The position numbers and the translations under genes are program-made. Under the pieces are notes generated by a model, which was given only the letters and a program-made list of their open reading frames with translations, did not search any database and was not told the DNA's origin. From a virus (Duplodnaviria; Heunggongvirae; Uroviricota; Caudoviricetes), in IMG/VR virus record IMGVR_UViG_3300045988_154391: a stretch of 64,000 bases of DNA. The stretch is one strand, 5' to 3'. Positions 10,328 through 19,975 of this stretch are shown here, piece after piece; position 1 is the stretch's first letter, and each line of letters opens with the position of its first letter.

Positions 10328-10621
10328 TTAAGGTTCAGACCAGTTATCTTCAATAGCAATGCTTAATCTTTGTAGCCATTCTGCTAATTTCAGCATTGCT
10401 TCTCTTTCGCTTAAACCACACGGAAAATCATCAAGCGATATTGTTGGCTTGAAGTTTCCCAAATTATCCATTTCAACGGTCAGATTTTGCTCCAGAACGG
10501 TATTTCTTACGCGGCTATTGTGCCGAAGCAAATATACTGAACGTGATTTATTGGTTTTGTGGTCGAACGTATATTCGGTAAGTATCATCTGACTTCCGCC
10601 ATGATTATTACCGCGCCACAT
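10328..10621 (-). CDS. Hypothetical protein
   Basis: 97-aa ORF in the operon-like array. Confidence 0.4.
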   Translation of the reverse strand: MWRGNNHGGSQMILTEYTFDHKTNKSRSVYLLRHNSRVRNTVLEQNLTVEMDNLGNFKPTISLDDFPCGLSEREAMLKLAEWLQRLSIAIEDNWSEP

Positions 10622-10644
10622 AATTACTCCGTGTTAATTGAAAT

Positions 10645-10926
10645 TTAGCTATTAATCTTCACTTTTATCGCGTACACCTTTACCGGTTTATCACCGAAGT
10701 GTGGATGTGTGATTGTTTTTATTTCATATCCGTTATACGGGACGTCAATTCTGCGACTGAAGTCTTCGCGCTTCGGATATCCCTTTGTGATAATCAGGCG
10801 GTCATACTCGCGGAACATAATTCGCTTATTCCAGTAGTCATTACACAGGCGATACTCTTCCGTTTTCTCTCCGCGAATCATGGCATCGAAGTATTCACCT
10901 TTAACGGCAAGTTGCAGGTTAGCCAC
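10645..10926 (-). CDS. Small ASCH/PUA-like domain protein (putative)
   Basis: 93 aa; YFDAMIRGEKTEEYR resembles the ASCH N-terminal signature. Confidence 0.4.
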   Translation of the reverse strand: MANLQLAVKGEYFDAMIRGEKTEEYRLCNDYWNKRIMFREYDRLIITKGYPKREDFSRRIDVPYNGYEIKTITHPHFGDKPVKVYAIKVKINS

Positions 10927-11206
10927 GACCTTCCTCCTTTGGCTTGTGAATTTGTATCGTCATGCCGCTTTGAGTGGTGACTACAACGACAGAACCAGGC
11001 TGAAGACTGTTAAGATTGAATGCTTCGTAAAACGAAGCCAAGGCCAGCGCTTTTTTATTCTTTCGGTTCCACCAACGCCATCCATTGCTACAGGCTACAC
11101 TGACAATCCACTGTCCACTCCTGTAAGCCATATAAAACCAGATGAGCAAAACCTGAATGAATGCTATCCAGTCAATAATCGTATATTTCGCGAAGGAGAC
11201 CATCAA
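10919..11206 (-). CDS. Small membrane protein, paralogue of ORF 12804..13127
   Basis: 95 aa; one hydrophobic helix then a conserved ...A..FYEAF.L....PG... domain; 4-nt overlap with the preceding Ea22-like gene. Confidence 0.45.
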   Translation of the reverse strand: MMVSFAKYTIIDWIAFIQVLLIWFYMAYRSGQWIVSVACSNGWRWWNRKNKKALALASFYEAFNLNSLQPGSVVVVTTQSGMTIQIHKPKEEGRG

Positions 11207-11775
11207 TTAACCTCCTGCGGCGGTTCCGGTAGAGGCATCCAGTACAAGGCGTTCCCTAACCACGATAAAGTGCCGTCGCTCAACTCCACGTATTCCCCTT
11301 GTACCTGTCCTGCCATATACTCGCCGTGCTTTGAATAAATTAAAATCCAATCATCTTGAGCGGGCATTCGCTCACTACAGCTTATCCAACCATCCGGAGT
11401 TACCGGATAGTTGCCCGACAGCTCGTTCAACTTGTAAGTTTGGCTTACAGGTTCGGCTTCCAGTTCTGCAATGCGCTTCTCTGCAGCTTCCAGCTCAACG
11501 CGCAGCTTCCCTACCGTTAGCGCAATTTCCTCGTTCTCCTGGTCGCGGCGTTTGATGTATTGCTGGTTTCTTTCCCGTTCATCCAGCAGCGCCAGCACGG
11601 TTTCTGGTCCGGTCAGAAATTTGAAGGCGTTGAGCGCATCAATATCCACACCGTAATCCTTAAGTTCCTGTTCACTTAACAAATCATCATCAACTGGCAA
11701 CATTAACAGGCGTTCCATTGCCGGAATTGCACGTTCTGCCGCCTCACGCAGTGCCTGATAGTTAATTTTGGTCAT
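11203..11775 (-). CDS. Ead/Ea22-like protein with C-terminal DUF551-like domain
   Basis: 190 aa; N-terminal INYQALREAAERA; coiled-coil AELEAE; C-terminal WISCSERMP...WMPLPEPP. Confidence 0.55.
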   Translation of the reverse strand: MTKINYQALREAAERAIPAMERLLMLPVDDDLLSEQELKDYGVDIDALNAFKFLTGPETVLALLDERERNQQYIKRRDQENEEIALTVGKLRVELEAAEKRIAELEAEPVSQTYKLNELSGNYPVTPDGWISCSERMPAQDDWILIYSKHGEYMAGQVQGEYVELSDGTLSWLGNALYWMPLPEPPQEVN

Positions 11776-11776
11776 A

Positions 11777-12076
11777 TCACATCCTCCTGAAGCCGTTGCA
11801 TTTACGTAAAAAATCGCAGATATAGCCCTTCATTTTTTCGTGCCAATCTCGATCATTCCCATTGCACCAACCATCAGGTGGAGTCCAGTTTTCTATCAGA
11901 GCAGCCATTTTCTTTGCTTTCGCCGGAGTAGCTGTTGCGGTATCGCAGTAATGACGAGTGTCAACCAACGTATCCATACCATCGATATCAAGTACGCAAA
12001 ACCATGTGTGATTCGGCATTTCAACAGATGGTATTTGTTGCCCACGTCGACGTTTATCAATAAGACATACAGTCAC
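11777..12076 (-). CDS. Hypothetical protein
   Basis: 99-aa ORF, tightly packed between two Ea22-like genes. Confidence 0.4.
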   Translation of the reverse strand: MTVCLIDKRRRGQQIPSVEMPNHTWFCVLDIDGMDTLVDTRHYCDTATATPAKAKKMAALIENWTPPDGWCNGNDRDWHEKMKGYICDFLRKCNGFRRM

Positions 12077-12807
12077 TGGTTGCCTCCTTTGCGAAGCTGG
12101 GCAGCAAAGTCAACTAACCACTCAGTCATTTCAACCTTCCCTACCAGGTCTGAACCAGGGTGCATACAGCAATCACTCTGCGCCGCTTTGAAATCCTTAT
12201 ACTCATATTCTTGGGCCACCAGATTTTTTGCAGCTTCTATAGCAGCATCCACGCCCTGCGCCCGCACTTCAGCCAGGAAAGCATCGGTGGCTGGCATATT
12301 TCCTGTTGCCTTCATGGCCTCCAAAATAACCAGAACGCCATCTCGCCCAACCACCTCAGCGATAACCTCAGTGTTGTCGCCAACAACATCGCAGAATGCC
12401 TGAACTGCCTTACGAGCCAGCTCATTCTCCACTGCCAGCGCCGTGCGATTACCCTCCAGCTCTGCAATGCGCTGTTTTGCGGCATCCAGTTCAATCGACA
12501 ATTTTTCCAACTGCTCTTGATGCTTCTTGTATTCCTGATATGCGTGCCAAGACTGACCTTTGCGCACACTATCAGTGATATCAGTAATCTGTTCTGGTGT
12601 TAGCGTGGTCAGTGGCTGTGATGGGAAAATAAGCACTTTCCCGGAATCCCAATCAAAACCAGCGTGAATTGACTGAACCTCAACTGAAGGTGTTGAACCA
12701 ATGCTGCCAGGCGAATGAACAACGATTGTTACATCCATATCGCGACGATGGCTGTGGTTGTTGGACAAAATACGATTCACCAACTCAGAAAATTTGGAAA
12801 ATTTCAT
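12073..12807 (-). CDS. Ea22-like paralogue
   Basis: 244 aa; coiled-coil AAKQRIAELEGNRTALAVENELARKA; shares ATDAFLAE(I/V)RA with ORF 13091..13966. Confidence 0.5.
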   Translation of the reverse strand: MKFSKFSELVNRILSNNHSHRRDMDVTIVVHSPGSIGSTPSVEVQSIHAGFDWDSGKVLIFPSQPLTTLTPEQITDITDSVRKGQSWHAYQEYKKHQEQLEKLSIELDAAKQRIAELEGNRTALAVENELARKAVQAFCDVVGDNTEVIAEVVGRDGVLVILEAMKATGNMPATDAFLAEVRAQGVDAAIEAAKNLVAQEYEYKDFKAAQSDCCMHPGSDLVGKVEMTEWLVDFAAQLRKGGNQ

Positions 12808-13127
12808 GCTGATTCCCCTTTCTCTGCTCTCTCCTGTCGGAACATCACTATCATCAGGTCGCCTTTTGTCGCTATCCTGGCTGTTGTACCTGGTTCAATG
12901 CGGCTAAGCTCAAATGCGTCATAGAACGCTTCTAATGCCTTCTGGCGTAGTTCCTGTTTGCGCCGTTTTTTCCACTGTTTTAGGAAAATGGAACCCAGCC
13001 ATCGCCATGTGCGGGACATGATGTAAAGCCAACCGAGAAGTGCCAGACCGGTATTTAGGAGCGTATCGATCGTTATTGTCGTGTCGATATTCACTGGCTG
13101 CTTCCTTTGCGAATCTGTTCCGCCCAT
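12804..13127 (-). CDS. Small membrane protein, paralogue of ORF 10919..11206
   Basis: 107 aa; hydrophobic helix then ALEAFYDAFELSRIEPGTTARIATKGDLMIVMF; overlaps the 3' end of the preceding Ea22-like gene by 37 nt. Confidence 0.45.
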   Translation of the reverse strand: MGGTDSQRKQPVNIDTTITIDTLLNTGLALLGWLYIMSRTWRWLGSIFLKQWKKRRKQELRQKALEAFYDAFELSRIEPGTTARIATKGDLMIVMFRQERAEKGESA

Positions 13128-13966
13128 TCTTCAAGGGATTTCTCCGCATATTCACCAGACAGGCCATCAATCGGATGCGCTTCATTAGCCAACTCTTCTT
13201 TCGCTGACAAAATCATGCGTGTAACGTCGAAAACTTCACGCAAAGACTTATTGATAAATCCGTGATTGAACGCAGCAGCAAGACGGCTGGCGGTATAGTT
13301 AATCCCCTCGTTGCGTGCTTCCGCACGAATTTCAGACAGGAAAGCATCGGTGGCTGGGGTTTCGACATTAGGTCGAAGCTCATAATCACAAACTCTTTCA
13401 ATCCATGGTGATACTCTGTCGCATTTCCTCTTCTTGCGTTCACCGACCTTGGTTGCCTGCTGAATAATTACCCCCCAGCAAATGCTTTCGACCTCTTCGC
13501 TCCATCCATCGCAAGCATCGCCTCTATAGTCGTCAATTGCAGCCTCAGCAGCAGCGATAGCCTCCTCAGCAGTTTTGTGACACTCGAAACTAAATTCAGA
13601 GCCATATGAGAAATACATAGCCCCGGCCTTCAGCGCCGCATTCTCCGCTGCCAGCGCCGCGAGATTAGTCTCAAGCTCTGCAATTCGACACATAGCATCA
13701 ATATTTGTGTCCTCCAGGCGCTTAATTTCACCAAGCAGCTCCAGTGCAACCTTTGGGTTGAACGCGGCAACATAACGAGCGTTGTTCTCTGCATTTTTCT
13801 GTCCATCAAAGCCGGTCCATTTGATAACGTCTTCACATCGTTCATCACCGGGCGTGTGCACCGCATAAGTACCAGTATCCGTCGAAATAAATGCGACCCA
13901 TTCGTCTGGTGTTGCCTTTTCTGCCGCCTCACGCAGTACCTGATAGTCAATTGTCATTCTCGCCAT
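13091..13966 (-). CDS. Ead/Ea22-like protein
   Basis: 291 aa; N-terminal DYQVLREAAEKATPDEWV; coiled-coil RIAELETNLAALAAENAALKA. Confidence 0.55.
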   Translation of the reverse strand: MARMTIDYQVLREAAEKATPDEWVAFISTDTGTYAVHTPGDERCEDVIKWTGFDGQKNAENNARYVAAFNPKVALELLGEIKRLEDTNIDAMCRIAELETNLAALAAENAALKAGAMYFSYGSEFSFECHKTAEEAIAAAEAAIDDYRGDACDGWSEEVESICWGVIIQQATKVGERKKRKCDRVSPWIERVCDYELRPNVETPATDAFLSEIRAEARNEGINYTASRLAAAFNHGFINKSLREVFDVTRMILSAKEELANEAHPIDGLSGEYAEKSLEEWAEQIRKGSSQ

Positions 13967-14598
13967 CCTTCACAGTTGTAATCACTACAGCCTTCAAAAT
14001 CATATGGGCTGTACTGCCAGGTTATTTTTCCGCAATGCGGACAATTCCAACGCACCTTCCCGCTTCGCGACTTCTTTCTTCTGTTTTGCTTTTTCAACCA
14101 GTCAGGCATGACCAAACCTGCGCCCTGAACCATTGTTCTGCGGTTAAAGTTATTGATATTGAACGTCCGGCGCTTTGCTGCATCAGCAATGGAAAATGGC
14201 AACCAAACTATTCCTGGTTCGTTTTTGTTGGCGACGCTAAAGATGGTCGCTTTACTGAAGTCATCTGTTGGCAATCCACCGTGTTGAAGCCAGTAAACAT
14301 CGTTGCCGTTCCAGCTACCTTTTTTGTAGGCCACATACGCAGTGCAATCTGACTCAATCAGGCTTTCTGTAGGGATGTACTGGCAATCAACGTGCCACAC
14401 AGCCATTGCATCCACGCTATCAGCGCAAACAGGCTGATCGATATCTCGTCCACAATTCCAGGCTTTTTGGGCTGCTTCCAGCGTGTAAACATGAGCGCGA
14501 TCGATATCAGAACTGTAACCATTGCCGTTATGGCAATGGAATGAGGCGTTATTACCCACAGTTTCACGCAAGCACATCATGTAAAAGCGGTTATTCAC
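13954..14598 (-). CDS. Hypothetical protein with C-terminal Cys-rich zinc-ribbon-like motif
   Basis: 214 aa; CPHCG...C..YNC near the C-terminus. Confidence 0.45.
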   Translation of the reverse strand: MNNRFYMMCLRETVGNNASFHCHNGNGYSSDIDRAHVYTLEAAQKAWNCGRDIDQPVCADSVDAMAVWHVDCQYIPTESLIESDCTAYVAYKKGSWNGNDVYWLQHGGLPTDDFSKATIFSVANKNEPGIVWLPFSIADAAKRRTFNINNFNRRTMVQGAGLVMPDWLKKQNRRKKSRSGKVRWNCPHCGKITWQYSPYDFEGCSDYNCEGWRE

Positions 14599-14806
14599 TG
14601 GATGCCTCCCAGCAAATTTGTCTTATATAAGAACTGTTAACGCGCTTTACTTTCCCGTCGAACTCCAGTTTCTTTAGACGACGCAAAACGTATGCCGTTT
14701 TGAGTGTGCGATATTTATCCCTAAGCCAGTTGGTCACGACGTAAGTCATACAGCGCCCGTGTTCTTCCAACACCCGAACTATTTCTTCGTCGGTTGGCTT
14801 GCTCAT
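14591..14806 (-). CDS. Hypothetical small basic protein
   Basis: 71-aa ORF, overlapping neighbours by a few nt. Confidence 0.4.
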   Translation of the reverse strand: MSKPTDEEIVRVLEEHGRCMTYVVTNWLRDKYRTLKTAYVLRRLKKLEFDGKVKRVNSSYIRQICWEASSE

Positions 14807-15024
14807 TTTGTCGCTCCTTCAGCTTTCTCTACTTTCGCTGCCATGATTTCCAGCTTTTGTGCTGCCGATGCCGCTAACCTGTGAAATTCATCATCTGTTT
14901 CAACTGGAATTGGTACAAACCTGACACCAATTTGAGCAAGGCTATGCGCCATTTCGAGACTTGCTCTTAACTCTGCTGGGGATGCTTTATTCAGGCCGAC
15001 TTCCTCACAAATAACTGATTGCAT
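14803..15024 (-). CDS. Hypothetical small protein
   Basis: 73-aa ORF. Confidence 0.4.
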   Translation of the reverse strand: MQSVICEEVGLNKASPAELRASLEMAHSLAQIGVRFVPIPVETDDEFHRLAASAAQKLEIMAAKVEKAEGATK

Positions 15025-15033
15025 ACGCTCGCC

Positions 15034-15639
15034 CTACTGAATACGCTCAAACTCGATTACCCAAACCCAGGGATTAGCACTCCAGCTTTCTTCGCCGTAG
15101 ATGGATTCCCACAGGCGCTGGAACGCAACCTTGGCCATTGCGAAATCCCCCTTGGGAGTAAGGAATGTTCCCGGGTGATCAGGAAGCAAACTTCCAGCAG
15201 GCGGAACGCCCTCATCCCTTGCATCGCATTCGCTGATATCGTTCAACCGCTCAACGCGCACGTTGGTAATTTCCAGAAGAATGCGCGATGCCCAGCGCGG
15301 CATGTGAATTGATGGCGTCCACTTTTCTGATACTGGTTTATTACAAACCTCGACCGGAACCCGGTGCGTTTGTTCTGTCCAGGAGTTACGCACGCTTGCG
15401 CGATAAACCAGCGTTGCGACGTCCGTCGCTTTGCCATGTACCCGGTAGGTTTCGCGAACCCAAATACGATCGCCCGGTTGACCATATGGACAATGCTTGG
15501 CAAGCAACTCTGCGGCCACTGCCCGTCCATAGAATTTTTCTTCAACAATCCTGCGAGTCTGTGTTTTATTCCCGCCAAGAATTGCCCGGACCATCTCATC
15601 GTTAAAAATCATGCCGCGCTCTTTCACTTCGCCTTTCAT
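15034..15639 (-). CDS. ASCH/PUA-like domain protein (putative)
   Basis: 201 aa; MIFNDEMVRAILGGNKTQTRR matches the ASCH N-terminal pattern; true start is probably the MIFNDE Met. Confidence 0.45.
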   Translation of the reverse strand: MKGEVKERGMIFNDEMVRAILGGNKTQTRRIVEEKFYGRAVAAELLAKHCPYGQPGDRIWVRETYRVHGKATDVATLVYRASVRNSWTEQTHRVPVEVCNKPVSEKWTPSIHMPRWASRILLEITNVRVERLNDISECDARDEGVPPAGSLLPDHPGTFLTPKGDFAMAKVAFQRLWESIYGEESWSANPWVWVIEFERIQ

Positions 15640-15817
15640 GCATCCCCCTTACCCATGTGCGACGATGCCGCCAAAAGTGATAGAGAACAGCCAGAAATAG
15701 ATCGCGGCCATAATGATTTTGAATGCCGTGTTCATATTTTCATCTCCTGTGATTGATTGGATACATGCCGCGCCTTGCGGCATGTTTTTATTTTCACTTT
15801 CTCTGTTTTAAAAATCA

Positions 15818-15834
15818 ATATTTATTAGAGCAAT
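15818..15834. promoter_or_regulatory. C1-operator-like 17-mer (16/17)
   Basis: AtATTTATTAGAGCAAT abutting the 3' end of the HAD-like gene, upstream of ORF 15034..15639. Confidence 0.5.
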
Positions 15835-16340
15835 TATTGTTGATGGAGAAGCGCGTTTTCATACTCCCTGACCATTAACGTAAGCACGCCGTGCCTCCTG
15901 AAAACACGCGCCACTTCAATCTTATCTTCCAGCGCGAACGCGATTTTACTTAGACCAATTTTCTTAAGGAGATCAATCTTTGCTGGGCCGTCATTTCTGT
16001 CATCGGTGGCAGGACGCATAGATAGCAAAGGCTCAGCCCCGTTTGTTACGTACTTCCGCAGCCAGGCTCGTGTTTTATCCCTTGCGATCTCACAGCGCCC
16101 GGTTACAAACCAGACCGTGTAAACGTTAAATAACTGGCGCACAATATCAATAACTGGAGTTATGGGAGTATCAGTGTCACAGGCGAGATTAAACTCGTTC
16201 CAGTCCTTTGTTAATGCACCTTTACCTGGTGGCGGAAGCAAATGCAGTCTGTCTTCAGTTGCCTCTGATATTGTTCCATCAATATCAACTATGACGATAT
16301 ACGGACGTTCCTGGTGTGCGTGTTTATTGAAAATACTCAA
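15834..16340 (-). CDS. HAD-superfamily phosphatase-like protein
   Basis: 168 aa; N-terminal VIVDIDGT, the HAD motif I. Confidence 0.5.
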   Translation of the reverse strand: MSIFNKHAHQERPYIVIVDIDGTISEATEDRLHLLPPPGKGALTKDWNEFNLACDTDTPITPVIDIVRQLFNVYTVWFVTGRCEIARDKTRAWLRKYVTNGAEPLLSMRPATDDRNDGPAKIDLLKKIGLSKIAFALEDKIEVARVFRRHGVLTLMVREYENALLHQQ

Positions 16341-16412
16341 ATGCCCTCCTCATTGGACGAAAAAAATGCTGGTGGGCGCACTCCACCAGCATTAAAAGTG
16401 ACACTGTAACTG

Positions 16413-17675
16413 TCAGCGAACGTAAATAGTGCCGCCGTTCTCTTTTTCCCATGCATCGCTACGTGCATAGCAAACATCGAGAAGTCTTCTTGCCGCTGTT
16501 TCCTCTAAACCCAATTCGACAACCAACTGCTCATGACGGCGGGTAACCACATCAAACAGGGTATGCAGCCCTTTAGCTGCCAGATCATCAATAAATTCCG
16601 GTTCGAACGGCAGCTCTGCCTCTGCCAACATAACCTCTTGCGCCCACTCAACTCGACGGACCAGTTCCGGGCGGCGGCTTTCCATCTCTTTACAGATCAA
16701 TTCATGGAAGAACTCTACCCAACCTTCCGGCTGGAACTCGCGGAAAATGGCCAACGGCTGGAAGTTTGGCATCAACCATTCGTTGATCCGGATATCAATG
16801 GCATAGCCCATGTCGCAGCAGAACTGATAAGCAAAGTCCAGCTTAGAAACGATATAAGGACGCTCGTTATTGAACTCTTTAGGCGATGAGATCCCATAAG
16901 CCAGGAGGCGCGGGAAGAAGGAGATTTGCCCTAACGTCGGATGAAGTTTGCTTGCAGGGAAACGGCGCTCAGTAATGCCATACATTTCCTTCTTGAGCGT
17001 CGCAAATTTGGCATTCTCATTAACCAGCGCGGTAACCTCTGCTTTTTTATTAGCAAATGCCACGCGCGCTTCGCTTGCATCTTTAATAGTTTTTTTGAGC
17101 TGTTGGTTAAGGTCGGCGACCTGCTTACGCAGTTCCTGTCGCTCGCTTTTAGCTTTGTTATAGCGTTTCTCAAGGTTAAAAGGATCAAGTTTCATGATCT
17201 CTTTATATTGAGATTTTAGCGTTGAAATCTGTGAGTTCCGCAGTTCAACCATCGCGGTCATTTCATTGAGTTTTGTTTCCAGCTCAATGCTTATACGTTC
17301 GGCATTATCAGCACGCTGGTTGGCGTCATGCGTCGCATCGTCGATCGCGTCCTGTTGCTGGCGTTTCAAATGTTCAATTTGCAGCTGAAGCTCTTCAATT
17401 TCTTTACCCTTCAGACCGAGATCCAACTGCATATTTTCAGCTGCATCGACCAGGGAGTTATGGCTATCAGCTTCTGCGTTATAAACATCAATAAGCTGTG
17501 CGTGAAGCATCTCCGCTGACTGAACCGCATTATCAAAAAAACGTGCTGTGAGGTCATCACAACTAACGCGGCGTTGCGCGGCCCGGATGTTCTGGATAAT
17601 GGCCGGGATACCGGCATTCAGGACATCAGGGATAGATACATTTTCGATTGATTGGTTTTGTGCTGAAGTGCTCAT
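16413..17675 (-). CDS. Large coiled-coil protein, function unknown
   Basis: 420 aa; long heptad-like central region rich in E, K and Q; globular C-terminal domain. Confidence 0.5.
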   Translation of the reverse strand: MSTSAQNQSIENVSIPDVLNAGIPAIIQNIRAAQRRVSCDDLTARFFDNAVQSAEMLHAQLIDVYNAEADSHNSLVDAAENMQLDLGLKGKEIEELQLQIEHLKRQQQDAIDDATHDANQRADNAERISIELETKLNEMTAMVELRNSQISTLKSQYKEIMKLDPFNLEKRYNKAKSERQELRKQVADLNQQLKKTIKDASEARVAFANKKAEVTALVNENAKFATLKKEMYGITERRFPASKLHPTLGQISFFPRLLAYGISSPKEFNNERPYIVSKLDFAYQFCCDMGYAIDIRINEWLMPNFQPLAIFREFQPEGWVEFFHELICKEMESRRPELVRRVEWAQEVMLAEAELPFEPEFIDDLAAKGLHTLFDVVTRRHEQLVVELGLEETAARRLLDVCYARSDAWEKENGGTIYVR

Positions 17676-17676
17676 T

Positions 17677-17895
17677 TCAAAGTTCCGTATTAGCTTGTGC
17701 TTCGGTCATTTTTCCTAAGTATGAAGGTGGAAGGACTACGCAATTTGTATCCAGTCCCTCACCTATGGCAGCCTGTAAAATTCTGGCTAAGGTGAGTCTC
17801 TTGTTGCGATACCTGGTGATGACATGCCTGATACCGCCGGTCGGCGTAACAAAGGCGATCAGCCAGTAGTGATATTTCCGTCGGAATGGCCACAT
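17677..17895 (-). CDS. Hypothetical small protein
   Basis: 72-aa first ORF downstream of the paired operator-like sites. Confidence 0.35.
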   Translation of the reverse strand: MWPFRRKYHYWLIAFVTPTGGIRHVITRYRNKRLTLARILQAAIGEGLDTNCVVLPPSYLGKMTEAQANTEL

Positions 17896-17909
17896 AGTGC
17901 ACCTTGTAG

Positions 17910-17975
17910 ATTGCTCTAATAAAAAACGTGATGAGTGTACATCACGTTTTAAAAATATGGAATTATTAGAGCAAT
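17910..17975. promoter_or_regulatory. Pair of inverted C1-operator-like 17-mers (each 14/17)
   Basis: ATTGCTCTAATAAAAAA at 17910-17926 and ggAATTATTAGAGCAAT at 17959-17975, in the gap upstream of the 72-aa and 420-aa genes. Confidence 0.45.
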
Positions 17976-17976
17976 A

Positions 17977-18678
17977 TTATTCTGATTCTCGCTCAAAAAA
18001 TGAGCTGATAAGGGGAAGCCAATCCTCTGACACTTCGCGAGGTCGCGGTTTGCCGTGGAAAAAGATTATTCGGCAGTCTTTTGGTAATGCCCCATTCCCC
18101 CTGGAGTAACGCGCGCTCGCATATTTCGAACCAGGTTCCACAACATCGGCCTTGTAACTTACAAACCATCCCGGATACAGATCCTGAAATGCTGGTGTAT
18201 CATCGCCCATAACCTTTCGTAAGAACCCCTGGTCACCCCAACACTCAGTAGTGACACAACGAGAAATCCAACCTTCCGGATCTTGCCAGAATGCACTCCA
18301 GATATGCGCTTTAACACTATTTGGTATCCACAGGGCACCGCTGCCACGATATTGTGGATGGTAAAAATCCCTAAGCATGGTGAAGCTGGTTGGTGGATGC
18401 TCTAGGATTGGGCGTATATCACCGGCAATAACCGTGTCCAAATCCAGATAGAACAGATCATCGGTTATATCCGGTCGGAACAACTCGATTTTCGCCCACC
18501 AGCCACGGCACTTTTGCCACTGGTTGATCAATGGGACAACTTTGACGCCAGGTACATGTAAACGCTTCAGGTCTGTCAGGCAAATAATTTCATAGCCTTT
18601 TGGCAGTTGATTAACCAGCCACTGCACATCGGAAGCGTTATAGTCACCACCAGAGCGAAAAACTAAAGCAATCTTCAT
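17977..18678 (-). CDS. Hypothetical protein, possibly a DxD-type nucleotide-sugar transferase
   Basis: 233 aa; FYLDLDTVI is DxD-like; weak call. Confidence 0.3.
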   Translation of the reverse strand: MKIALVFRSGGDYNASDVQWLVNQLPKGYEIICLTDLKRLHVPGVKVVPLINQWQKCRGWWAKIELFRPDITDDLFYLDLDTVIAGDIRPILEHPPTSFTMLRDFYHPQYRGSGALWIPNSVKAHIWSAFWQDPEGWISRCVTTECWGDQGFLRKVMGDDTPAFQDLYPGWFVSYKADVVEPGSKYASARYSRGNGALPKDCRIIFFHGKPRPREVSEDWLPLISSFFERESE

Positions 18679-19367
18679 GCTGCACCATCACCTTTCACTT
18701 TCATCAATGTCAGGTTTCCGCAAAATACGGCACCAGTGTCGATATACTGCTGATTCCAGAATGTCTTCGGGCTTTTCACCGGAGTGTGACCAAAGATAAA
18801 ACGATCTGCGCCCGAAATTTCGCCACCAATATCATCCATCGAATCACTGATACGCTCGCGCGCCCAGACAACGTTGAAAAGCGGCACCTCCTTACCGAAT
18901 TGATATTCATTATCCGGATAGTCGGCATGGGCTATAACGATAGTTTCTTGCCCGATGTTCAACTCAATGATATAGGGCAGTCGTCTTACCAACTCCACCA
19001 GCGCCCTGGCTAATATTTCCTGATCAGCGTCCAGCATGAAGAACCATTGACCGCCATTCATTAGCCAGTTATTCACGTTGCCATCAGGACTTAACGCATC
19101 AATCATCAGCCGCTCATGGTTGCCCATAACCGCTCTGAACCATGGCATCTGCAATAGCTCCAGGCATTTAACATTTTCGGTGCCGCGATCGATAATGTCG
19201 CCGACCGATATCAGTAAATCCTGCGCAGGGTCAAAATCCACACGATGGAGTTCGGACATCAGTCTGGTGTAGCAACCATGCAGATCACCAACAACCCAGA
19301 CATTCCTGTATTTGGTACCGTCGATACGGTGATAAATTGTGGGTGCTATCATGTATTCTTCAGCCAT
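18675..19367 (-). CDS. ppp: Ser/Thr protein phosphatase (lambda PPase / calcineurin-like metallophosphatase)
   Basis: 230 aa; GDLHG, GDIIDRG and GNHE metallophosphatase motifs. Confidence 0.8.
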   Translation of the reverse strand: MAEEYMIAPTIYHRIDGTKYRNVWVVGDLHGCYTRLMSELHRVDFDPAQDLLISVGDIIDRGTENVKCLELLQMPWFRAVMGNHERLMIDALSPDGNVNNWLMNGGQWFFMLDADQEILARALVELVRRLPYIIELNIGQETIVIAHADYPDNEYQFGKEVPLFNVVWARERISDSMDDIGGEISGADRFIFGHTPVKSPKTFWNQQYIDTGAVFCGNLTLMKVKGDGAA

Positions 19368-19975
19368 TCTTTAAGAGTCATCTGCGGAATACCTCCCATT
19401 TTCCCGCATGAAACAACGTCAATCTGTTCACGCGCAGACTGGAATAACAAAGGCAGGTGACTTAGATTTTTTGGCGTGCCGCCGGAGTGAACTCGTGGCT
19501 CTTGCGTAGCGTCAACGCCCACCAGGGCTACATGTTTGAATCCGATATGGAAAGCCAGGTTCAGAGCACCATATGCACTATTGCCGCTGGCAATTTCATT
19601 CTCATCTTCGCAAAGGCCGAAATGTCCGGACCAGCGCCACGCCCACCACTCGGGAGAATTCGTATTTTTTGGCTCCATGCCGCGTTCAGCCACACGACGG
19701 AAGCACAGAACGCCGTCTCTGACTTCACGTTCTTTAACATCGGGTAGTGCCATGCAATAACAAACACCACGGCGACGGCGGCCACGACCAACGCGCCGCA
19801 TATTGTCTGGCGATGGATCAAGTGTGAAAAAATAAGAAGCGCGGTTAAGCGAGTCGATGGCCCCATTGACCGCTATAATCGGTACTCCGCGCGGCGCAAC
19901 AAAGTTTGCGGCGCTTGGGCCACTGCCGACGATAATAACGCGATCACTGCCTCTAAATTTATTCTTGGGAAACAT
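19349..19975 (-). CDS. MptE/DUF115-like protein, paralogue 1
   Basis: 208 aa; VIIVGSGPS...IIAVNGA; its 5' end overlaps the upstream paralogue by 103 nt. Confidence 0.45.
   Translation of the reverse strand: MFPKNKFRGSDRVIIVGSGPSAANFVAPRGVPIIAVNGAIDSLNRASYFFTLDPSPDNMRRVGRGRRRRGVCYCMALPDVKEREVRDGVLCFRRVAERGMEPKNTNSPEWWAWRWSGHFGLCEDENEIASGNSAYGALNLAFHIGFKHVALVGVDATQEPRVHSGGTPKNLSHLPLLFQSAREQIDVVSCGKMGGIPQMTLKEWLKNT

Noticed and set aside
16533-17219. Plus-strand ORFs antisense to the 420-aa coiled-coil gene
   Set aside because: Fully embedded antisense frames with no ribosome-binding site; likely spurious.
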